From the IMG/VR virus record IMGVR_UViG_3300018012_000099: a stretch of DNA of 64,000 bases. One strand, given 5' to 3'. The position numbers and the translations under genes are program-made. The notes beneath the pieces were generated by a model. It was not told where the DNA came from, did no database searches, and was given only the letters and a program-made list of their open reading frames with translations. Shown in pieces: positions 46,830-56,841 of the stretch. Within the stretch, counting starts at the first letter, position 1; every line of letters begins with the position of its first letter. This DNA is from a virus (taxonomy: Duplodnaviria > Caudoviricetes).

Positions 46830-47581
46830 ACAAGAATGCACTTAAAAAAGTTTTAGAGCATCCCGATCGTGACGAAATTATTGCTAAACTAGTATTGGAT
46901 GTTTCTCCTAAGGATATCAATGAATGGTTAGTCAGCAAATATACTAATGTTAGTGAAACAAAGTTCGTTATTGCTGAAAAGTCTATCAAGACTTTTAAAG
47001 ATAACTATCTGGATGTCTATTCTTTGATTCAAGAAGATATGGCCAAGACCAAGCAAGCTGTGGCAACTTCTACCGAAAACCAGCTTGAATTAGCTGTTCG
47101 TAATAATTCCACTTATCGTAGTAAGATGTTAGAATTAGCTGGTAAAGAAATAGATGTGCGCCAGATGGTGGCTCAGCTGTGTGTGGCTATTGAGACTCGT
47201 GTGGCTCAAGTATTTGATGAAATTCAAGAAAATCCTCGAGATATAAATACTAAAGTTGATCGTCTCTTGATTGATTACGCAGAGGTGTTGGGTAACATAC
47301 TAGAAAAGTATTATAAATTCACTGAAAGTCCATCCGAGATTTCTATTCAGAATAACGTGACACTTCAATTTATGGATCAGCATATTTTGGTATTGCAAGA
47401 GGCAGTTCGCGAAGTTTTATCCGAAATGGATCTAGAGAGTTCTATGCTTTTTATCGAACGTATTCAGATTAAAATGGCTAAGCTTAAGGCACCAGAGAAG
47501 GAAGTTATACCCAATACTGAGATCAGATTAGCGGAGGCTAAGCTGCTTAATGAAACTATTAACAAAAAGTTAAACGAGTAA
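46826..47581 (+). CDS. Hypothetical helical protein (possible terminase small subunit, unverified)
   Basis: N-terminal HTH-like segment and long helices; located in the packaging cluster. Confidence 0.5.
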   Translation: MNKNALKKVLEHPDRDEIIAKLVLDVSPKDINEWLVSKYTNVSETKFVIAEKSIKTFKDNYLDVYSLIQEDMAKTKQAVATSTENQLELAVRNNSTYRSKMLELAGKEIDVRQMVAQLCVAIETRVAQVFDEIQENPRDINTKVDRLLIDYAEVLGNILEKYYKFTESPSEISIQNNVTLQFMDQHILVLQEAVREVLSEMDLESSMLFIERIQIKMAKLKAPEKEVIPNTEIRLAEAKLLNETINKKLNE

Positions 47582-47582
47582 T

Positions 47583-49475
47583 ATGTCAAAAGAAAAGAAG
47601 CCTATCAGAGACCCGCATTCCAAGAGCACGTTACGTGATATCGTAATGAAGCCTAGTAGTGGCGTGTTTGATATGGCAGGGATTGAAAACCCAAATGAGT
47701 TAAATGAAAAAATCAAGAGGCTCATCAAGTTTTTTGAAGAGTATGGTATTGATTATAATAAGTTAGACGAAGAAAATGTTACCAAGATTGCTTATCCTAA
47801 CTATGATCAATATATGCACATTCCTGGTCAACATAATTTGAAGAGATGGTTAGAAACAATTAGAAATATTTATGTTAGTGAGAAAAGTGGGCTAGATCGT
47901 GCTAATGCTGTTCGTCAAGCGACCACTGGTTGGAATTTAATGGAAACTTATGATTTCTTGAATTGGATGAAGTTCTATCAAGAAGGAGCTCACTTGAAAT
48001 ACAAAACAGCACAACTTTGGTATGAAAATGGTCAGCCAGGTTACTTTTTACAGATCAAACCAGATCCTACTAAACCAGAAGAGTCTGTAGTAGATCATCA
48101 TGCTATTCGTGATACACAAGAAGACATCGAACGTCAGGAAGATAGGAAGCGTATCATTGAGAAGCAACGTCAAAAGATTATCGGTCGTTTAGATTCTGCT
48201 GAAAAGTTATTACGCTCTCCTGAAGGACAAATGTTTGCTGGTCCTGAATTAGAAAATCTTATGGAAGCTATTTATAGTTTGAAAAAGAGAGTGCAGTTAG
48301 TCAATAAACTCAGCACTTCTACTCGTTTGTATGAAGATATGATTGTGCGCGAAGGTAATGTTTTACGTCGTAAGGGTTTTATCAAAGCTGCCGAAGTACT
48401 ATATTCGGTAGCTCAAGCTAATAATCCACCTCCTCCAGGTATTGGTAAACCGGGACCTATTGAAGCATTACCGCAACCAGTTCCACCAGATGATCCATCT
48501 GGCGCTGGACATCCCGGTCTTCCCGGTACACTTCCATCTTTGGGACCGGGTATGCCACAAGCTCCTAAGAGCCCACCTTCTACTAGCGAGACACAACCAG
48601 TCGACTTGAAGCCAGTTCCAGTACCAGATGGCACTATCGCTCAAGGACCGCCTTCTCCTATGCCTGAAAGTGTGCCCAAAGGAATCGCAGAATTTCTTGA
48701 TCAGACCGAGACAGGCGGCAAGACTACCCCTGAGGAATTGGGCGCAGAGGACAATCTAGAAGTGCAGGACACTTTGGAAGTCGAAGATGATCAATTAATG
48801 GTAACAGAAGCTCAAATGGCACCACCAGGTCCAGTAGCAGAGGATGTTCCAATGACCACGGCTCCCCGTCGTCTAAAGCCGTCTGTTTCACCGCCAGTCG
48901 CGGAGAAACTACTTGAAGTGACTGAAGATACTCCTCCAGCCAATGAAGCCGGGGTGGAACAAGCTGCCCCCGCAGCTAAGGATTTCGATCGTATTATCGA
49001 TTCTGCTCTAGCCAATGTGACTGTCAATGATGTGGTAGCTAAACTGGAAGATATTGCCAAAATTTTCAAGACTAGAGAAATTCCTCGTCAATTAGCCATG
49101 GTAGATATGATGTTAGATAGTTTAAATTTGGCCTCTATGTTTCCTACTCTTTCCGAAGCCATCAATAAATCTCTCGAATCTAATAACTATGTCTCTACTC
49201 GTTTGGATGATATTATTGCTAGACTACGTGGAGCCATGGTTAGTAAAGAAGTGGATCTCAAGGGAGGTAGCAATGCTCCTCGCGCTGGCAGTGTAGCCAA
49301 AAATTTACAAGATCAAGCCGATAAAGATGAAGCTCGTAAGAAGATGAGAAAAGACCAAGAGACCGCTGAACTAGAAGGTGGCGCTAAACCATCTCCTCAA
49401 GTAGAAATTGGCGAAGACCTAGGTGCTCAACCTCCAGCCGCTCCGGCTCCACCACCTCCACGCCCAGTAGGCTAA
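47583..49475 (+). CDS. Hypothetical head-module protein with Pro-rich linkers
   Basis: 630 aa; several K-x-A motifs at apparent domain boundaries. Confidence 0.75.
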   Translation: MSKEKKPIRDPHSKSTLRDIVMKPSSGVFDMAGIENPNELNEKIKRLIKFFEEYGIDYNKLDEENVTKIAYPNYDQYMHIPGQHNLKRWLETIRNIYVSEKSGLDRANAVRQATTGWNLMETYDFLNWMKFYQEGAHLKYKTAQLWYENGQPGYFLQIKPDPTKPEESVVDHHAIRDTQEDIERQEDRKRIIEKQRQKIIGRLDSAEKLLRSPEGQMFAGPELENLMEAIYSLKKRVQLVNKLSTSTRLYEDMIVREGNVLRRKGFIKAAEVLYSVAQANNPPPPGIGKPGPIEALPQPVPPDDPSGAGHPGLPGTLPSLGPGMPQAPKSPPSTSETQPVDLKPVPVPDGTIAQGPPSPMPESVPKGIAEFLDQTETGGKTTPEELGAEDNLEVQDTLEVEDDQLMVTEAQMAPPGPVAEDVPMTTAPRRLKPSVSPPVAEKLLEVTEDTPPANEAGVEQAAPAAKDFDRIIDSALANVTVNDVVAKLEDIAKIFKTREIPRQLAMVDMMLDSLNLASMFPTLSEAINKSLESNNYVSTRLDDIIARLRGAMVSKEVDLKGGSNAPRAGSVAKNLQDQADKDEARKKMRKDQETAELEGGAKPSPQVEIGEDLGAQPPAAPAPPPPRPVG

Positions 49476-49489
49476 ATCAAAGCAAATGA

Positions 49490-51208
49490 ATGAAACTACG
49501 CGAACTACTTCAACAATTAGTGGCAGTTCAAAAAGCGATAGGCGCCTCCACGCCCTATATCACTGGAGGAACACCTCGCGATAAGTTTATGAATCGATTA
49601 GATAATGTAGCCGATATTGATATCACCACTGGTGATAAAACGGTAGATTATCTGTCGCAAGAATTTGCTATTCAATTACGTAAGAAATACAACGTCACCC
49701 GAAAGACTATGGACGATGGACATAGTACTATCTTCATTGGTAATTTGAAGGTAGATTTCTCTTCTAATTTCATTGTTAATGATATAGAATCTTATTTACA
49801 AAAAATGGGAATTACTAATCCCACCGATCTACAAAAAGAAATGTTTAGTAGGGATTTTACTTGTAATACACTTTTACTAACTGTAGATTTAAAAAAGCTA
49901 TTAGATCCGACCAAGCGCGGTTTTCGTGACATTAGGGAGAAGAAAATAAAGACTTGTCTTGCTCCAGAAATTACATTAACCTCTAATAGAAATAGGGTGA
50001 TTAGATCTGTCTATTTAGCTTGCAAGTTGGGTTTTGAAGTGGATAAATCTATTATCGATTTTGTGCGCCAAAATCCACAGACAGTTAAAATCTCCACTGA
50101 AAAGGTAATGAATGAGAAATTGAATCAAGCTTTCGAAAAAGATGGAGATAAAGCCGCTAAACTCATCACGGAAATGGGTTTATGGAGTCTAATTCCTATC
50201 ACCGAGAAAGTTTACCCTTACTATATGAAACAAATTAAAGGAAGTGTAAAAGCTCGTGCCGCTCTCTTCAATCGAATTGTTAAACAAGCTGACGATGAGA
50301 ATGACGGACCTAATTTCGATTACGGTAAAGGGTTGTATTCCAATATGGGTAAATACAAGAGTGTTAAAGATTTCGAAGAGCATGCCGACAAAGGTCCGAG
50401 CGCTTTCTTTGCTGATGACAATGAAGATCATATGATGCCGCCCAAAGAACATGGAACCAAAATCTATGATTGGAAGAATAGTCCGTATCAAGGTACGCCA
50501 AAAAAACCAATCAAGGACAAGCATAAGTCCGATGATAATGACTTGGGCACCGGCTTCTACGAAAACTTGGAACACTATCAAAGTGTTAGAGATTTCATCG
50601 AGCATACTCCATTAGGACGCGACCACGGTGCTAAAATAAAGCCAGAATGGGCGCGAGCTAAGGACGTCAATCATATCGATTTCCCGGTAGACGAAGATAT
50701 CAATCATGACAGCCTGATTAGACCGGAAGAAGGTCAGTATCAGCCACCCAGACTAGTGGGTCCGTCTGGCACTGATGATCGAACCGTGCAACCTAGCGAT
50801 ACCGGTTTTGATAGCCCACAAATCGAATTTACCTCTCCACAAATTGCTGGCGAGCATAGCTATACACCATTGGACGATTTCGATGGTAGGTCTAGTGATG
50901 CCCTCAATTTTGGTCGAGATTATGATGACGAATCTGCTCCTGTGGGTCGTACCTGGGATGAAGCTTTCGTCGATGATTTAGAAGCCGAGGTGCGGGAAAA
51001 GGAATGGGATTTAGATAGGTTAGCAGCTAAATATGACAATTTAGACGACATGGATATGTTATCTCCTGCCGAAACTGAAATCTATGGATTACCGGATGGA
51101 GTAGATCCGGAAGCTAAAGATGGTGCTCAAACTATCCAAACTGAAAACCCTTTTACAAATACTCTTGATATGGGTCGTCAAATGTATGAAGATAAGTGGA
51201 ACATTTAA
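49490..51208 (+). CDS. Class II CCA-adding/poly(A) polymerase-like nucleotidyltransferase fused to an acidic repeat tail
   Basis: GGTPRD, DIDITT, SRDFTCN, DP..G..D....I, SNRNRVIRS in the EDxxR position; about 265-aa enzyme plus about 305-aa tail. Confidence 0.85.
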   Translation: MKLRELLQQLVAVQKAIGASTPYITGGTPRDKFMNRLDNVADIDITTGDKTVDYLSQEFAIQLRKKYNVTRKTMDDGHSTIFIGNLKVDFSSNFIVNDIESYLQKMGITNPTDLQKEMFSRDFTCNTLLLTVDLKKLLDPTKRGFRDIREKKIKTCLAPEITLTSNRNRVIRSVYLACKLGFEVDKSIIDFVRQNPQTVKISTEKVMNEKLNQAFEKDGDKAAKLITEMGLWSLIPITEKVYPYYMKQIKGSVKARAALFNRIVKQADDENDGPNFDYGKGLYSNMGKYKSVKDFEEHADKGPSAFFADDNEDHMMPPKEHGTKIYDWKNSPYQGTPKKPIKDKHKSDDNDLGTGFYENLEHYQSVRDFIEHTPLGRDHGAKIKPEWARAKDVNHIDFPVDEDINHDSLIRPEEGQYQPPRLVGPSGTDDRTVQPSDTGFDSPQIEFTSPQIAGEHSYTPLDDFDGRSSDALNFGRDYDDESAPVGRTWDEAFVDDLEAEVREKEWDLDRLAAKYDNLDDMDMLSPAETEIYGLPDGVDPEAKDGAQTIQTENPFTNTLDMGRQMYEDKWNI

Positions 51209-51274
51209 AACCAACGATTATTATGGCATACAAATGCATATAATCATATCCAAAAACAGTCTAGAGGTATCTAC

Positions 51275-52225
51275 ATGTCATTACAGTCCACCGCTCAAGA
51301 ACAGCTTTTTGTCGTAGATCCAACAGCGATTACGCCGTTGGAGGTGTCTGTTCCGCTCAATGAGGGCGAAATGGGTTCCCTAGGGCTCAGTGGAGATGTT
51401 TCTCCTGAGGAAATGGCGGGCGCTCCCGCTCTAGAAGTGCATGAGCCAGTAGACAACGTAGAAATTGTCGTTGAAGAACTCCCAGGCGCCCCAGCTGGCA
51501 CCAAGGATCCTGAGCCAATGTTGGAAGTCAGCGAGCCAGGTATACAGGTGGATGAGAAGTCAGCCGCCGATGATCAGGATGCCAAGAAGTCCAACAAGAA
51601 CGAAAGATGGGATTGGGCTTCTAAAGGACCACACGGATTCGTGGGGTGGGTACAAGAGAAGATTAGTAGTGTACCCAAGCACTCTGGCTACGACTCTGCC
51701 GGATTAGAGCGAGCTATGGCTTACATGGAGAAGCTAGATAGTGAAATCTCTAAGGCTATGAGAATGGACTTGGACGGCGAACTAGACGCCAATAAGATTG
51801 AAGAGGTTCGCTCCAAATTGGATGAGGGTATTGCTCGTTTGCAAGATCGTCTCGACAAAGTGAAAGAATCTAAGAAGTCCTCTCGCAAGCGCAAAAAGTC
51901 TGCCGATGAAGCTTCTGAAGGTTTGGTCAAAGAGGCCCAGAAAATTTTGGGTGTGCAAGGCGTGTACATTATGGCTCCTCTGCTGATTTCGGGTATTGCC
52001 AGGATTTGTATTAATGGTTGCATTTCAGCCGGTCATGACATAAGTGATTTGTATCTTCGTCAAGTTAAGCAATGGAAATTGTCCGATCGTGAACAATTTG
52101 AGTTGAAGCAATTATTATTCGATATGGGGTTCCCGATGCCATATGATAGAAGCGTAATGGCTAATGAAGATTTCGATCCCGGTTCTGCGGATAACTATGA
52201 ATTAATGCAACAATTCAAGGGTTAA
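51275..52225 (+). CDS. Hypothetical head-module protein
   Basis: GAGG RBS; acidic N-terminal half. Confidence 0.7.
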   Translation: MSLQSTAQEQLFVVDPTAITPLEVSVPLNEGEMGSLGLSGDVSPEEMAGAPALEVHEPVDNVEIVVEELPGAPAGTKDPEPMLEVSEPGIQVDEKSAADDQDAKKSNKNERWDWASKGPHGFVGWVQEKISSVPKHSGYDSAGLERAMAYMEKLDSEISKAMRMDLDGELDANKIEEVRSKLDEGIARLQDRLDKVKESKKSSRKRKKSADEASEGLVKEAQKILGVQGVYIMAPLLISGIARICINGCISAGHDISDLYLRQVKQWKLSDREQFELKQLLFDMGFPMPYDRSVMANEDFDPGSADNYELMQQFKG

Positions 52226-52231
52226 GCGATC

Positions 52232-52900
52232 ATGTCTAAATACACCAGATATCAGTCAGTAGTCTCTAGAAATACTGACGAACATATTAGTGAAGATCAT
52301 TGGCTTAAGCAATTTGAAAAGTCTTTGGAGAAGGGCGCAGTACAACCCCGCCCTCAGAGTTCGCTGTACGACCAAATCAATTCTATCATGAATGGTACCC
52401 CATCCAAGTATCCTTCTGTGCAAGCAGCCGTGGATGATATGATGCAGCGTAGCGGTCTTAGTAATTATCTTAAAACTTCTAAAGAAAACGATGAGGGTAA
52501 TAAGAAAATAGCTGGCGATCAAAATGATAATTTTGACAAAACCATTCCCGTCGAACAAAAACAACAAGACACAAATATTCCGGATATTATTCGTGAAAAT
52601 CCAGCTATTCTCAAAACATTAGAGAATTATATTAGATCTACCCGTGGTAACTTACCTATTCCAGCTATTATAGATAAACTGCATTCTATTCATCGTACAG
52701 ATGTGCCAAAAGATAAAATGTGGGACGATGACAAACTCATTAGATTAGTTAGTAAACTAAATCTTGAAGCCAAAAAAAATAATCCAGCTAACTATGAGGA
52801 TTATGCCAATTTGGCAGTGGGTGATCGTGATACAGCTGATTCGAATGTGGATCCATCCAATACGGACGCTTTTAATGCTTTAATGCCAGCCAAATTGTAA
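52232..52900 (+). CDS. Hypothetical head-module protein
   Basis: 222 aa directly upstream of the terminase. Confidence 0.7.
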   Translation: MSKYTRYQSVVSRNTDEHISEDHWLKQFEKSLEKGAVQPRPQSSLYDQINSIMNGTPSKYPSVQAAVDDMMQRSGLSNYLKTSKENDEGNKKIAGDQNDNFDKTIPVEQKQQDTNIPDIIRENPAILKTLENYIRSTRGNLPIPAIIDKLHSIHRTDVPKDKMWDDDKLIRLVSKLNLEAKKNNPANYEDYANLAVGDRDTADSNVDPSNTDAFNALMPAKL

Positions 52901-52908
52901 TTAAATAA

Positions 52909-54786
52909 ATGACAACATCTGAGAAAGATATTTTTCTAAAATTGAAAAGACAGCTGCTTATGCTTGATCCGGTCTCTTTTTGCCAGACCTATCTCAATTT
53001 AGATGGAAAGCCTTTTACTCTAAGTGGTAATGGATACAAGCCTTTCTGTGACATTTATCGATATATTGGTATCAAGGCTTTAGAACGTAACTCTAAACCC
53101 GTTATTATGGTTAAGGGTCGTCAGGTTGGCGCCACCACTATGGCTAGTGCCTTAGAAATGTATTTCATGGGCTCTGGTATGTTTGGTAACGGCGAAAGAC
53201 CACCCATTCGCGTTATTCACACTTTTCCACAATTGGAACTGGCAGCGGCGTATTCTAAGACCAAGCTCAACCAAATGATCATTACCTCTCTCGTCCCGGA
53301 GGGCGTGGAACAAAAGAGCGGCTCCAAACCGAAGTCCTACATGCAACTCTTGTTGGACCAAAGCGCTTCAGCCAGCGAGTCCTTACATTTTAAGCAGTTC
53401 GCGGGTGGTAATCACTTATGGGTAGAATCTACTGGCGTTGATGCAGACCGTATCATGGGTCGTACCGCTGATGTTATCTTTTTTGATGAAGTACAGAAGA
53501 CCACTGATTTGGCATTAGGTAATGCTCTCAAGATTTTAACTACTGCTAAGTATGGTGAGCCATCTAAAGGGGTGAGAATTTATTTTGGTACGCCTCGTCG
53601 TAAAGGTTCTGATTTCCACAAGATGTGGCAGAACTCTTCTCAACAATATTATTACTTAGGTTGCGAAAACTGCGAAAAACACTTCCCACTCTACACTCCT
53701 GGCTCTAATAATTGGGAAAAAATCTGGATTCACGGCTACACTGTCAAATGTCCACTCTGTGGACATGAACAAAACAAATTAGAAGCTGCCGAGCGCGGCA
53801 AGTGGGTTGCCTTTAAAGATCCTAATGATGATGATTGTAACATGATTGGTTTCCATATCAATCAACTTTACATGCCGATGTTTACTCGTGAAGCTATTGA
53901 GAATGAAAAGCCGGGTAAGCACCCCATTAATACCGAACGTGTTTTTATGAATGAAGTTTTGGGAGAATTCTTTCAAGGAGATTCTAGTCCCATTACTCCT
54001 GACGAAGTGCGTCTTTTTTGTGCCGATCATGAAAGAAAGTTTTCTCCTAGTATCGTTCCAAGTAAGGGTTTAATGCAGCAGATTGCCGTGTTGGGTATCG
54101 ATTATGGTGCCCGTTCTGATTTGGAACAATTAGCTCAACCAGATAAGATTACCAGTCGCGGTCAATCCTATAGTACTGCAGTGGTGCTACTGTCTAAAGG
54201 TCCCGGTTTACTATCTATTGAATTTGCGATGAAATTCAAAAGAAACGATCCTGCTCATAAGAAAGGCATCATAGACCAGTTGATTAGACAATACAATATT
54301 CAACTAGCAGTAGGAGATATTGGTTACTCTAATGACTTTTCTCAAGACCTACAAAATGTCTATGGAGATAAGTATTTGGTTTCTCGTGCTCATCCGTCAG
54401 TCAATGAACATGTTAAGTTTAGACATGATACTTTTCCAAAAGAAATTCTTTTCGAAAGAGACTATTATATTGCTCAGCTCTATGAACAAATGAAAAAAGG
54501 AATGATTAGATTTCCTTATGGTGATTATGAAAGAATTGCTTGGTTGATAGAACATTGTTGTAGTATGGAGATTAAACCTTCTATTTCTAGAACTGGTGGC
54601 GATCCTAGTGTCCATTATGTCAAAGGTGGTACACCAAATGATGGTTTCATGGCTTTACTTAACGCTTATATTGCTTATAAGTTCTTGGTAACCAGAGGGT
54701 TTACTCACAATAACCCTTTACTACAGAATGAAAGAAACATTAATAAACCAATGGTTTTGAGTGGATATGTGTCCAGAAAATTCTAA
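52909..54786 (+). CDS. terL: Terminase large subunit
   Basis: KGRQVGATT Walker A, VIFFDEVQ Walker B, GTP coupling motif, CENC...CPLC, RNase H-like VLGIDYG. Confidence 0.88.
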   Translation: MTTSEKDIFLKLKRQLLMLDPVSFCQTYLNLDGKPFTLSGNGYKPFCDIYRYIGIKALERNSKPVIMVKGRQVGATTMASALEMYFMGSGMFGNGERPPIRVIHTFPQLELAAAYSKTKLNQMIITSLVPEGVEQKSGSKPKSYMQLLLDQSASASESLHFKQFAGGNHLWVESTGVDADRIMGRTADVIFFDEVQKTTDLALGNALKILTTAKYGEPSKGVRIYFGTPRRKGSDFHKMWQNSSQQYYYLGCENCEKHFPLYTPGSNNWEKIWIHGYTVKCPLCGHEQNKLEAAERGKWVAFKDPNDDDCNMIGFHINQLYMPMFTREAIENEKPGKHPINTERVFMNEVLGEFFQGDSSPITPDEVRLFCADHERKFSPSIVPSKGLMQQIAVLGIDYGARSDLEQLAQPDKITSRGQSYSTAVVLLSKGPGLLSIEFAMKFKRNDPAHKKGIIDQLIRQYNIQLAVGDIGYSNDFSQDLQNVYGDKYLVSRAHPSVNEHVKFRHDTFPKEILFERDYYIAQLYEQMKKGMIRFPYGDYERIAWLIEHCCSMEIKPSISRTGGDPSVHYVKGGTPNDGFMALLNAYIAYKFLVTRGFTHNNPLLQNERNINKPMVLSGYVSRKF

Positions 54787-54860
54787 AAGTCTGAAATATT
54801 AGCCCTGACTGATATATCATATATTGAGTATAGTAGAGGGTGTAGTGAAAATGAGGATTC

Positions 54861-56756
54861 ATGGCTAGTAATAAACCCCCTAAACAATGGCAGGGACCAT
54901 CAAAATCAGACCAATATATGGATAAGCGTTCAACTGTTCCACAAGTTAGCGCTATTATGGCCCAAGGTGTTTCCAAAGAAAGAAGAGCGATTCTTTCTGA
55001 TGAAGTTGATCAGGGTGCATTTCGTGATGGTTCTGGACCTACCTACAGTCAGAGAGTAGCAGAAAATCTTGAAACTGCTAACGCCCGTGTCGTGGCATCT
55101 GTTGGTGGATTCAAAAAGAACGCTCAAGTAGTTAGTAGTGTGGGCGGTATGTTCCGTGGTATTCACGGAGATTCTGTCAAACAAACTCCTGAAGTATATT
55201 CTCCTCTGTGGCTCAATTCCAACCTTAATCTACCCCGTGATAGGGCTACTATCAATGCTTGGTGTCGTAGCTTTTATGCTTTGAATCCTTTCGTACATAA
55301 TGCTATCAATCTTCACAGTACTTACCCAATTAGTAAGCTAAGCATTAAGTGTCCTAATAAAGATATTGAGAAGTTCTTCAACGATATGATTGAAGAAATC
55401 GATTTGATGAACATATGTGTACAAATCGCTCAGGAGTACTGGTTACTCGGTGAAGCCTTTGTATATTCTGAACTAGATGAAAGCAAAGGTAAGTGGAGTC
55501 GTTTGCTGATTCAGAACCCAGACTTTATGGTGGTTAAGCGTACCGTAGTGGCTAATGAACCTATTATCCAATTGCGTCCAGATCCTAATCTACAAAAGAT
55601 TATCTTCTCTAACCGTCCTAGTGATATTGAACAGCGCAAACAATTAAACCAACATATCATTGATTCGGTGCGTCGTGGTGAAAATATTCCTCTAGACAAC
55701 TTTCATGTTTCTCATTTGGCTCGTCGTATCAGTCCTTATGAAATCAGAGGTACTGGACTACCAGTCTGTATTTTTCGTCAATTGATGTTATTTGATAAGT
55801 TACGCGAATCCAAATATGCTCAAGCTGATAATATGATCAATCCACTCACCATCGTTAAGATTGGTTCGGCTGATTATAAACCTACTTTCGCCGACTTAGA
55901 AGCTTGGAGAAGTACTTTCGAAGAAGCTCAATATGATAAGGATTTCAAGATTTTTACTCATGAAGGCGTAGATGTTACTAGAGTAGGTTATGGTCAAGGT
56001 ATCTACGATATTTCTGGTGATATTACTCAGTTAGTTAAAGAAATCTACGTGGGACTTCAGGTTCCACCGGTGTTGATGGATGGTGGTGCCGATACTACTT
56101 ACGCCAATGGTGGTGTAGCTTTAGATGTTTTGCGTCAGCGTTACATGCAGTTTCGTAATATGATGTCCCAGTGGTTGAAACGCAAAATCTTTGCTCCTAT
56201 CTCCAAAATTCAAGGATTCTACGATTATTCCGGTGGAGAGAAGCAGCTCATCGTTCCAGAGATTGACTGGAATCATATGTCCTTGTTCGATGCCGGAGAT
56301 TACATTAATAGCATCGTCACTTTAACTCAAGGCACTGATGAAGCTAAGAGAGTTTCTTTGCATACCCTATATCGTTCGATCGGTTTGGAATTTGAAGATG
56401 AAACTCGTAAAATTCGCAAGGAAGCTATCCAAAACGCCATTGCCAAAAAGGAAAAGGCAGCTTTGGAGGCTATGGACCTCAACGCTCTTCGTGCTCTGGA
56501 TGAGGAAGATGAAATTCCGGAACCAGAAAAGAAGCCAGGACAAGAAGAACAGCCAGTTCCGGGCGAAACTCCAGGTGGCGCACCACCTCCAGGTGGTATG
56601 CCAGATTTGGGATTGCCGAGTGGTCCGCCTCCAGGTCCGCTTCCAGGTGGAGGAGCCGCAGCGCTTCCTGCGGCACCTCCAGGTGGCGAGGCGCCCCCGG
56701 GCGGTGGGACACCCCCAGCCGCTCCGCCAGTAGGCGGACCACCGCCCGGTCCATAA
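54861..56756 (+). CDS. Portal protein with Pro/Gly-rich C-terminal tail
   Basis: Follows terL; NPFVHNAIN, YWLLGEAF, H.....SPY..RG, VPPVL..G, TYAN, Q.R pattern typical of portals. Confidence 0.78.
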   Translation: MASNKPPKQWQGPSKSDQYMDKRSTVPQVSAIMAQGVSKERRAILSDEVDQGAFRDGSGPTYSQRVAENLETANARVVASVGGFKKNAQVVSSVGGMFRGIHGDSVKQTPEVYSPLWLNSNLNLPRDRATINAWCRSFYALNPFVHNAINLHSTYPISKLSIKCPNKDIEKFFNDMIEEIDLMNICVQIAQEYWLLGEAFVYSELDESKGKWSRLLIQNPDFMVVKRTVVANEPIIQLRPDPNLQKIIFSNRPSDIEQRKQLNQHIIDSVRRGENIPLDNFHVSHLARRISPYEIRGTGLPVCIFRQLMLFDKLRESKYAQADNMINPLTIVKIGSADYKPTFADLEAWRSTFEEAQYDKDFKIFTHEGVDVTRVGYGQGIYDISGDITQLVKEIYVGLQVPPVLMDGGADTTYANGGVALDVLRQRYMQFRNMMSQWLKRKIFAPISKIQGFYDYSGGEKQLIVPEIDWNHMSLFDAGDYINSIVTLTQGTDEAKRVSLHTLYRSIGLEFEDETRKIRKEAIQNAIAKKEKAALEAMDLNALRALDEEDEIPEPEKKPGQEEQPVPGETPGGAPPPGGMPDLGLPSGPPPGPLPGGGAAALPAAPPGGEAPPGGGTPPAAPPVGGPPPGP

Positions 56757-56841
56757 TCCACATAAAATCAAGGGTTAGTGTATGTACTTATGGATAATGC
56801 AGCATTCTTATAGTTATTAGCCTATAAGTAGAGGGTTTTCT

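Noticed and set aside
262-54786. Introns or inteins in topA, dnaE, recA, dnaG or terL
   Set aside because: The reading frames are continuous, of expected length and lack intein end motifs; the endonucleases lie between genes
16300-56810. ATGCA pentamer in several intergenic gaps (about 16309, 25028, 29423, 51234, 56797)
   Set aside because: Too short, with variable distance to start codons; cannot be separated from chance by eye
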